From the NCBI GenBank assembly GCA_049684915.1, contig JBAVGO010000086.1:1-32000 (forward strand): 32,000 nt of DNA, in the 5' to 3' direction. The notes beneath the pieces were generated by a model. The model had not been told where the DNA came from. It did not search any database and saw only the letters and a program-made list of their open reading frames with translations. The stretch is from Lutisporaceae bacterium (GTDB lineage Bacteria > Bacillota > Clostridia > Lutisporales > Lutisporaceae). Numbering within the stretch: the first letter of the stretch is position 1; every line of letters begins with the position of its first letter. Below, one piece after another: positions 17,073 through 26,253 of this stretch. The position numbers and the translations under genes were made by a program.

Positions 17073-18020
17073 TTATAATGTTATTACTGTACCGGCTTTG
17101 CCTTCTACAGCATCTACAGCTTTGTAAAGAGAAGTGATTATTGCTTTCTTGCCTGGATTTGCTTTTGCAAACATTACAGCTGCTTGAATCTTAGGAAGCA
17201 TGCTTCCTGGTGCAAAATGTCCTTCTTCTATGTACTTCTCTGCTTCAGCAACTGTAATGTTGCTTAAGTCCTTTTGATCCGGCTTTTTAAAGTTTAGAGA
17301 TACTTTCTCAACCTCTGTAAGTATCATAAGTATATCTGCATTTATATCCTCCGAAAGCCTTTCTGCTGCTAAGTCCTTATCTATAACAGCAGCGACGCCC
17401 TCTAAGGTTCCATCTTCTTTTTCTATTACAGGGATGCCACCACCACCAGCCGTAATAACAATGGTTGTGTCAAACAACTCTTCAACCGCTGAAATCTCAA
17501 CTATTCTCTTTGGTATTGGTGATGCAACTACTCTTCTCCAGCCTCTACCTGCATCTTCTTTAACAGAGAAGCCTTTTTCTGTTTCCAGCTTCCTTGCTGC
17601 TTCTTCAGTGTAAAAGGGTCCGATAGGCTTTGTTGGTTTTTGGAAGGCAGGGTCATTCTTATCCACAACAACCTGTGTTATCAAGGCTACAACAGGTGTT
17701 TTCTTACCCCTCTTTTGAAGTGCAAATCTCAAGGCTTGTTGAATATGATAGCCTATATAGCCCTGACTCATAGCTCCACAAACGTCAAAAGGCATAGCAG
17801 GAGTCACTTCTGCTGCCGCTTCAGATGCAAGCACTATTCTTCCTACCTGTGGTCCATTTCCATGAACTATAGCAAGCTCATAGCCTCTTACACTTAGCTC
17901 TGCTAAGAATTCAACTGTCTTTGCTACTACCTTCAACTGAGATTCTGCTGTAGGAGGAAGACTTTTTTCTTCTAGGGCATTGCCGCCTAAAGCTACCACT
18001 AATCTTATAGCTTTACTCAT
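17073..18020 (-). CDS. arcC: carbamate kinase
   Basis: 315 aa. VVALGGNAL and HGNGPQVG motifs are present. Third gene of the ADI cluster. Confidence 0.93.
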   Translation of the reverse strand: MSKAIRLVVALGGNALEEKSLPPTAESQLKVVAKTVEFLAELSVRGYELAIVHGNGPQVGRIVLASEAAAEVTPAMPFDVCGAMSQGYIGYHIQQALRFALQKRGKKTPVVALITQVVVDKNDPAFQKPTKPIGPFYTEEAARKLETEKGFSVKEDAGRGWRRVVASPIPKRIVEISAVEELFDTTIVITAGGGGIPVIEKEDGTLEGVAAVIDKDLAAERLSEDINADILMILTEVEKVSLNFKKPDQKDLSNITVAEAEKYIEEGHFAPGSMLPKIQAAVMFAKANPGKKAIITSLYKAVDAVEGKAGTVITL

Positions 18021-18095
18021 TTATACGTTCCCCTTTCAAATCCTAGTTCATTAATCTGTATATAATATTTATATATAATTTATTAAATAAAAATC

Positions 18096-18135
18096 GGGTG
18101 ACTCATTTATGAGAAAACTCATATTTGAGCCACCC
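18096..18135 (-). terminator. long imperfect hairpin with T-run between arcB and arcC (possible partial terminator or processing site)
   Basis: The minus strand reads GGGTGGCTCAAATATGAG-TTTT-CTCATAAATGAGTCACCC followed by GATTTTTATTT. The arms pair over 18 nt with 3 mismatches. Confidence 0.5.
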
Positions 18136-18159
18136 TCTTATATATCTTTATTTATACAA

Positions 18160-19146
18160 TTACAGAGTAGCTACCATTATCGCTTTGATAGTGTGCATTC
18201 TGTTTTCGGCTTCATCAAATGCAACGCAGTGTCTGCTTCTGAATACTTCGTCTGTTACTTCTCTAATATCGAAGCCCTTATCCATCCATTCCTTAGCCAT
18301 CTTTGTTTCAAAATCGTGGAATGCCGGCAAGCAGTGCATGAATATTACGTCAGGATTGCCTGTCTTTTGCATAAGCTCCATTGTAACCTTAAATGGAGTA
18401 AGAAGCTTTACTCTTGAAGGAATTTGCTCTTCTTCTCCCATGGAAGCCCAAACGTCTGAGTAAATCACGTCAGCACCCTTTACTGATGCTGCATCAGAAG
18501 AGAACTCTATAATAGCTCCTGTTTCTTTAGCTACTGCTTGAACTCTATCCATTACCTCTTGACTAGGAGCAAGCTCCTTTGGTCCAAAGGCTACAAAGTG
18601 CATACCCATCTTTGCACAGCCATACATCCATGCATATGACATGTTGTTTCTTGTATCACCAGCAAATACTACCTTAACCTTGTTAAGTGGCTTTGCTACA
18701 TGCTCTTCTATTGTAAGCATATCTGCAAGTATTTGTGTTGGATGATCAACGTCTGTAAGACCATTCCATACAGGTACTTTAGAAAACTTTGCAAGATCTT
18801 CAACTACTGATTGCTTATAACCTCTGTACTCGATACCATCATAAAATCTGCCAAGAACCTTTGCTGTATCTTCTAAAGATTCTTTTTTTCCCATTTGTGA
18901 GCTGTTTTGATCTAAGTAGGTTATGTGTGCACCTTCTTCAAGAGCTCCAACTTCAAAAGCACATCTTGTTCTAGTGGATGTCTTTTCAAATAATAGTACT
19001 ATGTTTTTGCCCTTTAATAAATAGTTTACTATACCTGCTCTCTTCTTTGCCTTAAGGTCATGTGAAAGATCAAGCATATATCTAATTTCTGATGGTGTAA
19101 AATCCATCAATGTTAGAAAACTTTTTCCCTTTAAATTAACTGCCAT
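18160..19146 (-). CDS. arcB: ornithine carbamoyltransferase (ArgF/ArcB family; catabolic role inferred from the arc context)
   Basis: 328 aa. STRTRCAFE carbamoyl-phosphate motif, HPTQ, and FMHCLPA ornithine-binding motif. It is flanked by arcA and arcC. Confidence 0.92.
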   Translation of the reverse strand: MAVNLKGKSFLTLMDFTPSEIRYMLDLSHDLKAKKRAGIVNYLLKGKNIVLLFEKTSTRTRCAFEVGALEEGAHITYLDQNSSQMGKKESLEDTAKVLGRFYDGIEYRGYKQSVVEDLAKFSKVPVWNGLTDVDHPTQILADMLTIEEHVAKPLNKVKVVFAGDTRNNMSYAWMYGCAKMGMHFVAFGPKELAPSQEVMDRVQAVAKETGAIIEFSSDAASVKGADVIYSDVWASMGEEEQIPSRVKLLTPFKVTMELMQKTGNPDVIFMHCLPAFHDFETKMAKEWMDKGFDIREVTDEVFRSRHCVAFDEAENRMHTIKAIMVATL

Positions 19147-19186
19147 ATAAATATCTCTCCTTTAAATTTTATATTTTATTTTATAT

Positions 19187-20425
19187 TTATAAATCTTCTC
19201 TTACTAAAGGCATACTCATACATCTCGGACCGCCTCTGCCTCTTACAAGCTCTGATCCTTCAATCTCTAGAACCTCTATGCCATGTTTTCTAAGAACCTC
19301 GTTTGAGGCTTCATTTCTACTATATGTAACAACAACCCCAGGTGAAATAGCCAGAGTGTTGGTACTGTCGTTCCATTGTTCTCTTGCAGCTGTTACAGGG
19401 TCTCCACCGCCGCTTTGAATAAGATCAACAGCAGGCAGCTTCAAGCTTTTTTTTAGGGTTTTTACCAAGTCTTCTTCTATTGTAACCTTTATACCCTTTG
19501 AACCGTTCGGGGTAAGTTTAAAAACTCTTACCTTATCTTGTATTCCAGGATATATAGTAAACTTATCATAGTCAATCATTGTAAATACTGTATCAAGATG
19601 CATAAAAGCCCTCAGTGGCGGTATCTGTACCGCCAAAATCTCTTTAAAGCCGTTCTCAGCATTAAATAGGTTTCTTGCAAGTCTTTCTATACCGTTAGCT
19701 GATGTTCTTTGGCTGCAGCCAATAGCAGCAATATCCTTATTCAGTACCAGCATATCTCCCCCCTCCATACTGTGAGGGATAGAATAATCGTACCACATTT
19801 GCGGTTTATCTTTCTTAAAGAGAGAATTGTATTTATATATGTACTTTATTAACATAGGCTCTCTTCTACGAGCATCAGTAAACATTGAATTTATGCTTAT
19901 GCCATTTCCCATAACTGATGCAGGGTCTCTCATAAAGTATAGATTAGGTATCGGATTTATATATAATGGATACTCACTATGAACATAATCAGTCAGGCTT
20001 AACTCCCTCTTCATATTAGGTACATCTTTTTTACTTAAACCTGAGATTGCCACTTCTGCAATTTCTTTTGAACTTAAATTAATGATGTACTCAAACAACA
20101 CATCATTAAGCTCTTGCGTATTCTCTATACAATAGGAAAGCAATTCCTTGACAAACACTTTCTTTACTTCTGCATCTTCAAGTACCTCAGAAAGTAACTC
20201 TTCAACATAATAAACCTTGGTGCCACGCTGGCGAAGACCTTCTGCAAACTCATCATGCTCAATTCTCATCTTTTTTAGCCATGGAATATCATCAAATAGG
20301 AGCTGACTCAAATAGTCTGGTGTAAGCTTCTCCAACTCCTTATTAGGTTTATGAAGCAATACCGCCTTAAGCTTGCCAATTTCTGATTTCACATTTAAAA
20401 AAGAGGCTTTGCTATCTGCGCACAT
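19187..20425 (-). CDS. arcA: arginine deiminase
   Basis: 412 aa. N-terminal VKSEIGKLKAVLLHKP and the C-terminal catalytic-Cys segment GGPRCMSMPL are present. Confidence 0.93.
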   Translation of the reverse strand: MCADSKASFLNVKSEIGKLKAVLLHKPNKELEKLTPDYLSQLLFDDIPWLKKMRIEHDEFAEGLRQRGTKVYYVEELLSEVLEDAEVKKVFVKELLSYCIENTQELNDVLFEYIINLSSKEIAEVAISGLSKKDVPNMKRELSLTDYVHSEYPLYINPIPNLYFMRDPASVMGNGISINSMFTDARRREPMLIKYIYKYNSLFKKDKPQMWYDYSIPHSMEGGDMLVLNKDIAAIGCSQRTSANGIERLARNLFNAENGFKEILAVQIPPLRAFMHLDTVFTMIDYDKFTIYPGIQDKVRVFKLTPNGSKGIKVTIEEDLVKTLKKSLKLPAVDLIQSGGGDPVTAAREQWNDSTNTLAISPGVVVTYSRNEASNEVLRKHGIEVLEIEGSELVRGRGGPRCMSMPLVREDL

Positions 20426-20537
20426 AAATAGTCTCCTTCCCTTATTTTCTAAACATAATTAGTATATCCTTTAGTCCAGTATTGTACAAGTGTTAAAATC
20501 ATTGACTTTAAGGCATTTGTAAAATGCTGTAAATAGA

Positions 20538-20551
20538 TGCATATTAATTCA
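20538..20551. promoter_or_regulatory. candidate ARG box (ArgR/AhrC operator) upstream of arcA
   Basis: TGCATATTAATTCA differs at one position from the palindromic TGAAT-wwww-ATTCA core. It lies about 115 nt upstream of the arcA start. It is a single site matched by eye. Confidence 0.3.
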
Positions 20552-20718
20552 CCAATTACCATTTATTATATTGTTCAATGATAAAAAATAATTATACATT
20601 AGATGCTCATAAAACTAATAAAGTTTAACCACATGGATATACATATTTATGAGCACAATGTATAAAATCTTATTCTATAGCATAAAAATTTTTGTTAAAA
20701 AATATTCAATCTAACAAT

Positions 20719-20752
20719 GCAAAAAAAATAAAAGGAGAACCGGTAGGCCCTC
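20719..20752 (-). terminator. terminator after veg
   Basis: Minus-strand RNA GAGGGCC-UACC-GGUUCUC forms a 7-bp stem including two G-U pairs, so it folds on this strand only. It is followed by CUUUUAUUUUUUUU. Confidence 0.65.
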
Positions 20753-20784
20753 GTTTTATGTGTCTGGTATTATTTAATAATATA

Positions 20785-21057
20785 TCACATACATCCTATT
20801 TTTATATTATCTTTACAAGCGAACAATTCAATTGATTTTGTTAATATATCAGAGTAGCTGTATGATACAGTTCTGCCAAAATCCTCAGGAACCTCGGCGT
20901 CTATTCTTATAACAAATATGCTAGGATATGTCTTCTCAATAATACCTTCTTTTATGCTGATTTTCTTTCTACCTTTATTAGCCTTTAGCACAACTCTTTC
21001 CCCTACATAGCTGTCTACATTACTTCTTATGAGGGATAGGGTATTCTTTGTAGCCAT
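20785..21057 (-). CDS. veg: Veg protein (biofilm formation stimulator)
   Basis: 90 aa. LIRSNVDSYVGERVVLKANKGRKK...GIIEKTYPSIFVI...RTVSYSYSDILTKSIEL follows B. subtilis Veg almost motif for motif. Confidence 0.88.
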   Translation of the reverse strand: MATKNTLSLIRSNVDSYVGERVVLKANKGRKKISIKEGIIEKTYPSIFVIRIDAEVPEDFGRTVSYSYSDILTKSIELFACKDNIKIGCM

Positions 21058-21085
21058 AAAACCACCTTCCTTCCCAACATATTAG

Positions 21086-21156
21086 ATTTTATCATATCAT
21101 ATATTATATGTCAAATAAATTAAAATATTATATCAAATTTTCATTTTATTAGTCAA
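21086..21156 (-). promoter_or_regulatory. tandem sigma-A promoters for veg
   Basis: On the minus strand P1 reads TTGACT (21156..21151), 18 nt, TATAAT (21132..21127). P2 reads TTGACA (21114..21109), 17 nt, TAAAAT (21091..21086). Confidence 0.5.
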
Positions 21157-21311
21157 TTACTTATTCTTACATTTTTATGTTAATTTGATAACTTTCTTTG
21201 TTTGTATCATTATCTATCGTTGTGACGCAACGGTTCCACGTCTTAATGTCATTTAAAAATATATTTTTTAAAAAAATAAAAAAAATTTGTAAAAGGGTTT
21301 TTTTAATACTC

Positions 21312-21342
21312 TTGACGGTTTTTATTAGAATTGTGGTAATAT
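21312..21342 (+). promoter_or_regulatory. candidate promoter for hutU-ftcD-fhs
   Basis: TTGACG (21312..21317) and an extended -10-like TGGTAATAT (21334..21342). The 19-nt spacer is longer than optimal. Confidence 0.35.
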
Positions 21343-21420
21343 ATATTAGGAGATATTTGTGTTAATACTGCATAATATATTCAAATATGCAGAAATTTTC
21401 AAAAATCTAGGAGGGATTTA

Positions 21421-23448
21421 ATGATTGACAACTATAATGTCGCTAAAGCGATGACTATCAAGTTAAGCAATGAGCTGCCAGCTATGCCTGAGTTTCAATC
21501 AGACATTAGAAGAGCTCCAAATAGAGGCTTCAGATTGACCCAAGCACAAACTGAAATAGCCCTGAAGAATGCATTAAGGTATGTCCCGGAGGAGCTGCAT
21601 GAAACTTTAGCTCCTGAGTTCTTGGATGAACTTGTAAAATACGGACGAGTGTATGCATACAGATATCGTCCTCAAGGCAGAATCTATGGGAACCCAATAA
21701 ATGACTATAAAGGAAGCTGCATTGAGGGAAAAGCTTTTCAGGTTATGATAGACAACAATCTAGACTTTGAAATTGCTTTATATCCTTATGAATTAGTTAC
21801 ATATGGAGAAACAGGTCATGTATGCCAGAACTGGCTGCAATACAGACTTATAAAAAAATATCTAGAGGTAATGACAGAGCATCAAACTCTAGTGCTAGAG
21901 TCAGGTCACCCTCTCGGTTTGTTCCCATCGAAGCCTGATGCACCTAGAGTTATAATTACAAATGCTCTTATGATAGGTATGTTTGACAACCAACAGGATT
22001 GGGAAGTAGCTGAACAAATGGGAGTCGCTAACTACGGTCAAATGACTGCTGGGGGCTGGATGTACATAGGACCTCAAGGCATAGTACATGGTACCTTCAA
22101 CACCATTCTTACAGCAGGCAGGCTTAAGCTTAACATACCAAGCGATCAGGATCTTAGTGGAAGATTATTTGTCACCTCCGGCTTGGGCGGCATGAGTGGT
22201 GCACAGCCAAAGGCTATAGAAATCGCTAATGGCGTAGGTATTATAGCTGAGGTTGATTACTCAAGAATTAAGACTAGGTATGATCAAGGCTGGGTAGCAA
22301 AAATTTCAACAGATTTAAAGGAAGTTTTTGATACTGCTAAGGAATTCATGGAGAAAAAGAAGACTATCTCAATTGCATATCATGGTAACATAGTTGATTT
22401 ACTTCAATATGCAGTTAATAATAATATAAAAATAGAGTTGCTTTCTGATCAGACCTCTTGCCATGTAGCATACGATGGAGGCTACTGTCCTCAAGGCATA
22501 ACCTTTGAGGATAGAACAAACCTGCTTTCAACAGACAGAGAGAAATTCAAGCAATTGGTGGATAAATCACTTAGAAAGCACTTTGAACTAATAAAGACCC
22601 TAGTAGAAAGAGGCTCCTATTTCTTTGACTACGGTAATTCCTTTATGAAGGCTGTGTATGATGCGGGCGTTAAGGAAATATCTAAGAATGGAATAGATGA
22701 GAAGGATGGCTTCATATTCCCATCCTATGTTGAAGACCTAATGGGTCCTGAGCTTTTCGATTATGGTTATGGACCTTTCAGATGGGTTTGCTTAAGCGGT
22801 AAGGATGAAGACCTTGACAAAACTGACAAAGCAGCTATGGATTGTATTGACCCAGACAGACGCGGTCAGGATAGAGATAATTATATTTGGATTAGAGATG
22901 CAAAAAAGAATAAGCTGGTAGTTGGAACTAAAGCAAGAATATTATATCAGGATGCTGAGGGCAGAACTAGAATTGCTCTCAAGTTCAACGAATTGATTCG
23001 CAAGGGTGAGATAGGTCCTGTAATGCTTGGCAGGGATCATCATGACGTAAGCGGAACTGATTCTCCATTTAGAGAGACTTCTAATATAAAAGATGGAAGT
23101 AATGTTATGGCAGATATGGCTACTCAATGTTTCGCTGGCAATGCTGCAAGAGGCATGAGCTTAATAGCTCTTCACAATGGCGGTGGTGTTGGTATCGGAA
23201 AGTCCATTAACGGAGGCTTCGGTCTTGTGTTGGATGGCAGTGAAAGAATTGACAATATAATTAAATCTGCCATGATGTGGGATGTAATGGGCGGTGTTGC
23301 AAGACGCTCATGGGCAAGAAATTCTCACTCCATAGAAACCTGTGTAGAGTACAACAATAACTATACAGGAGCTGGACATATTACTATCCCATACATTCCA
23401 AAGGAAGATTTGATAAAGAATTTGGTTGCAGAGGTATTCAAAAAATAG
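21421..23448 (+). CDS. hutU: urocanate hydratase, long form
   Basis: 675 aa. Motifs ALRYVPEELH..LAPEF, GQMTAGGWMYIGPQGIVHGT, GLGGMSGAQ and LHNGGGVGIG. The length and N-terminal extension resemble the ~676-aa UROC1-type urocanases rather than the ~555-aa Bacillus/Pseudomonas form (from memory). Confidence 0.93.
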   Translation: MIDNYNVAKAMTIKLSNELPAMPEFQSDIRRAPNRGFRLTQAQTEIALKNALRYVPEELHETLAPEFLDELVKYGRVYAYRYRPQGRIYGNPINDYKGSCIEGKAFQVMIDNNLDFEIALYPYELVTYGETGHVCQNWLQYRLIKKYLEVMTEHQTLVLESGHPLGLFPSKPDAPRVIITNALMIGMFDNQQDWEVAEQMGVANYGQMTAGGWMYIGPQGIVHGTFNTILTAGRLKLNIPSDQDLSGRLFVTSGLGGMSGAQPKAIEIANGVGIIAEVDYSRIKTRYDQGWVAKISTDLKEVFDTAKEFMEKKKTISIAYHGNIVDLLQYAVNNNIKIELLSDQTSCHVAYDGGYCPQGITFEDRTNLLSTDREKFKQLVDKSLRKHFELIKTLVERGSYFFDYGNSFMKAVYDAGVKEISKNGIDEKDGFIFPSYVEDLMGPELFDYGYGPFRWVCLSGKDEDLDKTDKAAMDCIDPDRRGQDRDNYIWIRDAKKNKLVVGTKARILYQDAEGRTRIALKFNELIRKGEIGPVMLGRDHHDVSGTDSPFRETSNIKDGSNVMADMATQCFAGNAARGMSLIALHNGGGVGIGKSINGGFGLVLDGSERIDNIIKSAMMWDVMGGVARRSWARNSHSIETCVEYNNNYTGAGHITIPYIPKEDLIKNLVAEVFKK

Positions 23449-23487
23449 TATTAAATTATACACGAAAAACGTTTGAGGAGGCTTATA

Positions 23488-24387
23488 ATGTTTAACAAAA
23501 TAATAGAATGTGTTCCTAACTTCAGTGAAGGCAGGAACATGGATGTAATCGAGAAGATTGTTGCTCCCTTTATTAAGACAGAGGGCTGCAAGCTGCTTGA
23601 CTACAGTGCAGATAAGGATCATAACAGAGTGGTTGTAACTGTTATAGGAGAGCCAGAGGCTGTTAAAAAGGCAATGGTTGAGGCAGCAGGCATAGCTATA
23701 GAAAACATCAACATGAACATTCATCATGGTGAACACCCAAGAATGGGAGCAATAGATGTTGTTCCTTTCATCCCTATAAAGAACGTTACTATGGAAGAAG
23801 CAATAGCTCTTTCCAAGGAGGTTGCAGAAGAAATAGCAAGTAAGTACAATCTGCCAATATACCTCTATGAAAAGGCTGCATCTAGTCCAAAAAGAGAAAA
23901 TCTTGCAAATATTCGTAAGGGCGAGTATGAAGGCTTCAAGGAAAAGATAAAGGAGCCTGAGTGGAAACCTGACTTCGGACCAGCTGAGCAGCATCCAACA
24001 GCAGGAGCTACGGTAGTAGGTGCAAGAATGCCTCTTGTAGCCTTCAACATCAATCTTGCCACAAATGATATTGAAATAGCCAACAAGATTTCAAAGTGCA
24101 TCAGACATATATCTGGTGGCTTTAGATTTACAAAGGCTATGGGCGTTGATTTGAAGGAAAGAGGGATAGTGCAGGTATCTATCAATATGACAGACTTTAC
24201 AAAAACTGCACTTTATAGAGTGTTTGAAACAGTAAAGTTTGAAGCAGCACGCTATGGAATAAATGTTGTAGGTAGTGAGATAATAGGTCTAACTCCCATG
24301 GAAGCCCTGGTGGATACTGCTTCATACTATCTAAGACTAGAAAATTTCAGCATGAATCAGGTGTTAGAAAATAGAATATTGGAATAA
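23488..24387 (+). CDS. ftcD: glutamate formimidoyltransferase (transferase domain only, no cyclodeaminase domain)
   Basis: 299 aa from the ATG at 23488 after GAGGAGG. The N-terminus IIECVPNFSEGRN is the family signature. Confidence 0.9.
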   Translation: MFNKIIECVPNFSEGRNMDVIEKIVAPFIKTEGCKLLDYSADKDHNRVVVTVIGEPEAVKKAMVEAAGIAIENINMNIHHGEHPRMGAIDVVPFIPIKNVTMEEAIALSKEVAEEIASKYNLPIYLYEKAASSPKRENLANIRKGEYEGFKEKIKEPEWKPDFGPAEQHPTAGATVVGARMPLVAFNINLATNDIEIANKISKCIRHISGGFRFTKAMGVDLKERGIVQVSINMTDFTKTALYRVFETVKFEAARYGINVVGSEIIGLTPMEALVDTASYYLRLENFSMNQVLENRILE

Positions 24388-24453
24388 AATAAAGGCAGGC
24401 AGGGATGACCTGCGTGTCATCTCGCATAATTTAAACCTGAAAGGAGAACCTAC

Positions 24454-26121
24454 ATGAAGTCAGATATAGAAATAGCTCAACAGTCCACAATGCTGCCTAT
24501 AAATGAGGTGGCAGTAAAGCTTGGTATACAAGCTGATGAGGTGGAAAACTACGGTAAATATAAGGCTAAAATAAGCTATGACATATGGAAGAGGCTTGAA
24601 AATAAGAAAGATGGAAAGCTAATACTGGTTACAGCTATCAATCCCACTCCTGCTGGAGAGGGAAAGTCCACAACTACAGTAGGCTTAGGTGATGCTCTTA
24701 GGAAAATAGGAAAAAATGCCTGCATAGCACTTAGGGAGCCATCTTTAGGCCCTGTATTTGGTGTAAAGGGTGGTGCTGCCGGCGGTGGATATGCACAAGT
24801 AGTGCCTATGGAGGATATAAACCTTCATTTCACTGGAGATATGCACGCAATAACTGCAGCAAACAACTTATTGTCCGCTGCAATAGATAATCATATAAAT
24901 CATGGAAATGCTTTGAATATTGATCCTAGACAAATCGTTTGGAAGCGTGTAATGGACATGAACGACAGAGCCTTAAGAGATATTGTAGTAGGTCTGGGCG
25001 GAAAAGCTAATGGCTTTGTAAGAGAAGAGGGCTTTATGATAACCGTTGCTTCTGAAGTTATGGCTATACTTTGTCTTTCTAACGGTTTGATGGATCTTAA
25101 AGAAAGATTAAGCAGAATAGTTTTTGCTTACGATTACAGCAACAATCCTCTAACTGTTTCACAGTTAAAGGTACAAGGAGCTATGACACTGCTTCTTAAG
25201 GATGCAATAAAGCCAAACTTGGTACAGACCTTAGAGAACACACCCGCATTTATACATGGTGGACCTTTTGCTAATATTGCTCATGGTTGTAACAGCATAA
25301 TGGCTACTAAGCTGGGACTTAAGCTGGCTGATTATCTGGTAACGGAAGCAGGTTTTGGTGCTGACCTAGGTGCAGAGAAATTTATGAACATCAAGTGCCG
25401 ATTAGGTGAATTAGCACCTTCTGCAGTTGTTATAGTAGCAACTATTAGAGCACTTAAGATGCACGGTGGGGTAGCAAAGACAGAGCTTACAATAGAAAAT
25501 CTTGAAGCCTTAAACAAAGGCTTTGCAAATTTAGAGAAACAAATAGAAAACGTAAGCAAATTCGGCGTACCTGTGGTAATTGCAATAAATAAATTTGTAA
25601 CTGATACAGACGCAGAAGTAGCACTGGTACAAGAATATTGCAAAAATCTTGGTGTTGAATCTTCACTTTGCGAGGTATGGGAAAAGGGCGGTCAAGGCGG
25701 CGAAGACCTTGCACGCAAGGTAGTGACAGCAGCAGAAAAAACTAGTGAATTCCGATTCCTATATGATGAAAAAGATAGTATAAAGAATAAGATAAGCAAA
25801 ATAGCTAAGGAAATATATGGTGCTGATAATGTATTATTTGCTCCAAAAGCAACTAAGGAAATCAAAAAGCTGGAAGATCTAGGCTTAGATAAGCATCCAA
25901 TATGCATGGCTAAAACTCAATACTCTTTATCTGATAATCCAAATCTTCTAGGCAGACCTACAGGTTTTGATATTACTGTTAAGGAAGTAAGAGTATCCGC
26001 AGGAGCAGGCTTCATAGTCGCTCTCACAGGAGACATTATGATAATGCCAGGACTGCCAAAGATTCCTTCAGCAGAAAAAATCGATATAGATGAAAACGGA
26101 GTAATTTCTGGATTGTTTTAG
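24454..26121 (+). CDS. fhs: formate--tetrahydrofolate ligase
   Basis: 555 aa. [21 protein letters not shown] and [19 protein letters not shown] motifs are present. Confidence 0.95.
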   Translation: MKSDIEIAQQSTMLPINEVAVKLGIQADEVENYGKYKAKISYDIWKRLENKKDGKLILVTAINPTPAGEGKSTTTVGLGDALRKIGKNACIALREPSLGPVFGVKGGAAGGGYAQVVPMEDINLHFTGDMHAITAANNLLSAAIDNHINHGNALNIDPRQIVWKRVMDMNDRALRDIVVGLGGKANGFVREEGFMITVASEVMAILCLSNGLMDLKERLSRIVFAYDYSNNPLTVSQLKVQGAMTLLLKDAIKPNLVQTLENTPAFIHGGPFANIAHGCNSIMATKLGLKLADYLVTEAGFGADLGAEKFMNIKCRLGELAPSAVVIVATIRALKMHGGVAKTELTIENLEALNKGFANLEKQIENVSKFGVPVVIAINKFVTDTDAEVALVQEYCKNLGVESSLCEVWEKGGQGGEDLARKVVTAAEKTSEFRFLYDEKDSIKNKISKIAKEIYGADNVLFAPKATKEIKKLEDLGLDKHPICMAKTQYSLSDNPNLLGRPTGFDITVKEVRVSAGAGFIVALTGDIMIMPGLPKIPSAEKIDIDENGVISGLF

Positions 26122-26130
26122 AAATTATGA

Positions 26131-26163
26131 AAGGCATGTGTCAGCACATGCCTTTTTTTTTGG
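26131..26163 (+). terminator. Rho-independent terminator after fhs
   Basis: Stem AAGGCATGTG / CACATGCCTT with a 4-nt loop, followed by a T9-10 run. Confidence 0.85.
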
Positions 26164-26232
26164 CAGATATTCTAACATAGTAAATGTCCATTCTATTATA
26201 GTAATTAAAAATTTCTTAATTACTATATTTTT

Positions 26233-26253
26233 TGTATAATTTTATTGTATAAT
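26233..26253 (+). promoter_or_regulatory. two tandem extended -10 elements (TGTATAAT) upstream of the 1812-aa gene
   Basis: TGTATAAT occurs at 26233..26240 and again at 26246..26253, 13 bp apart. Either would leave a 5' UTR of about 170 nt. Confidence 0.4.

Noticed and set aside
18109-18463. Plus-strand ORFs 18109..18417 and 18125..18463 at the arcB 3' end
   Set aside because: They are antisense to ornithine carbamoyltransferase. The region is better explained by the arcB CDS plus the intergenic hairpin.
20753-20830. 25-codon plus-strand ORF starting at the ATG near 20757 after AAAGGAGAA
   Set aside because: The RBS-like sequence is about 19 nt from the ATG and is actually part of the veg terminator stem. 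The ORF runs antisense into veg.
21222-21250. GC-rich island TTGTGACGCAACGGTTCCACGTC in the veg/hutU intergenic region, considered as a cre (CcpA) site
   Set aside because: It does not fit the WTGNAANCGNWNNCW consensus in any register I tried. Only a 5-bp stem (CGTTG/CAACG) is present. The function is unknown and the evidence is too weak to call.
21058-21420. HutP-type antiterminator system upstream of hutU
   Set aside because: There is no hutP-like ORF. I also found no series of regularly spaced UAG triplets in the leader.
23308-23994. 228-aa ORF on the minus strand spanning the hutU/ftcD junction
   Set aside because: It is entirely antisense to two well-supported genes. The translation is Cys/Phe/Leu/Tyr-rich low-complexity sequence typical of the reverse frame of an AT-rich gene. 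It has no RBS and no recognisable motif.
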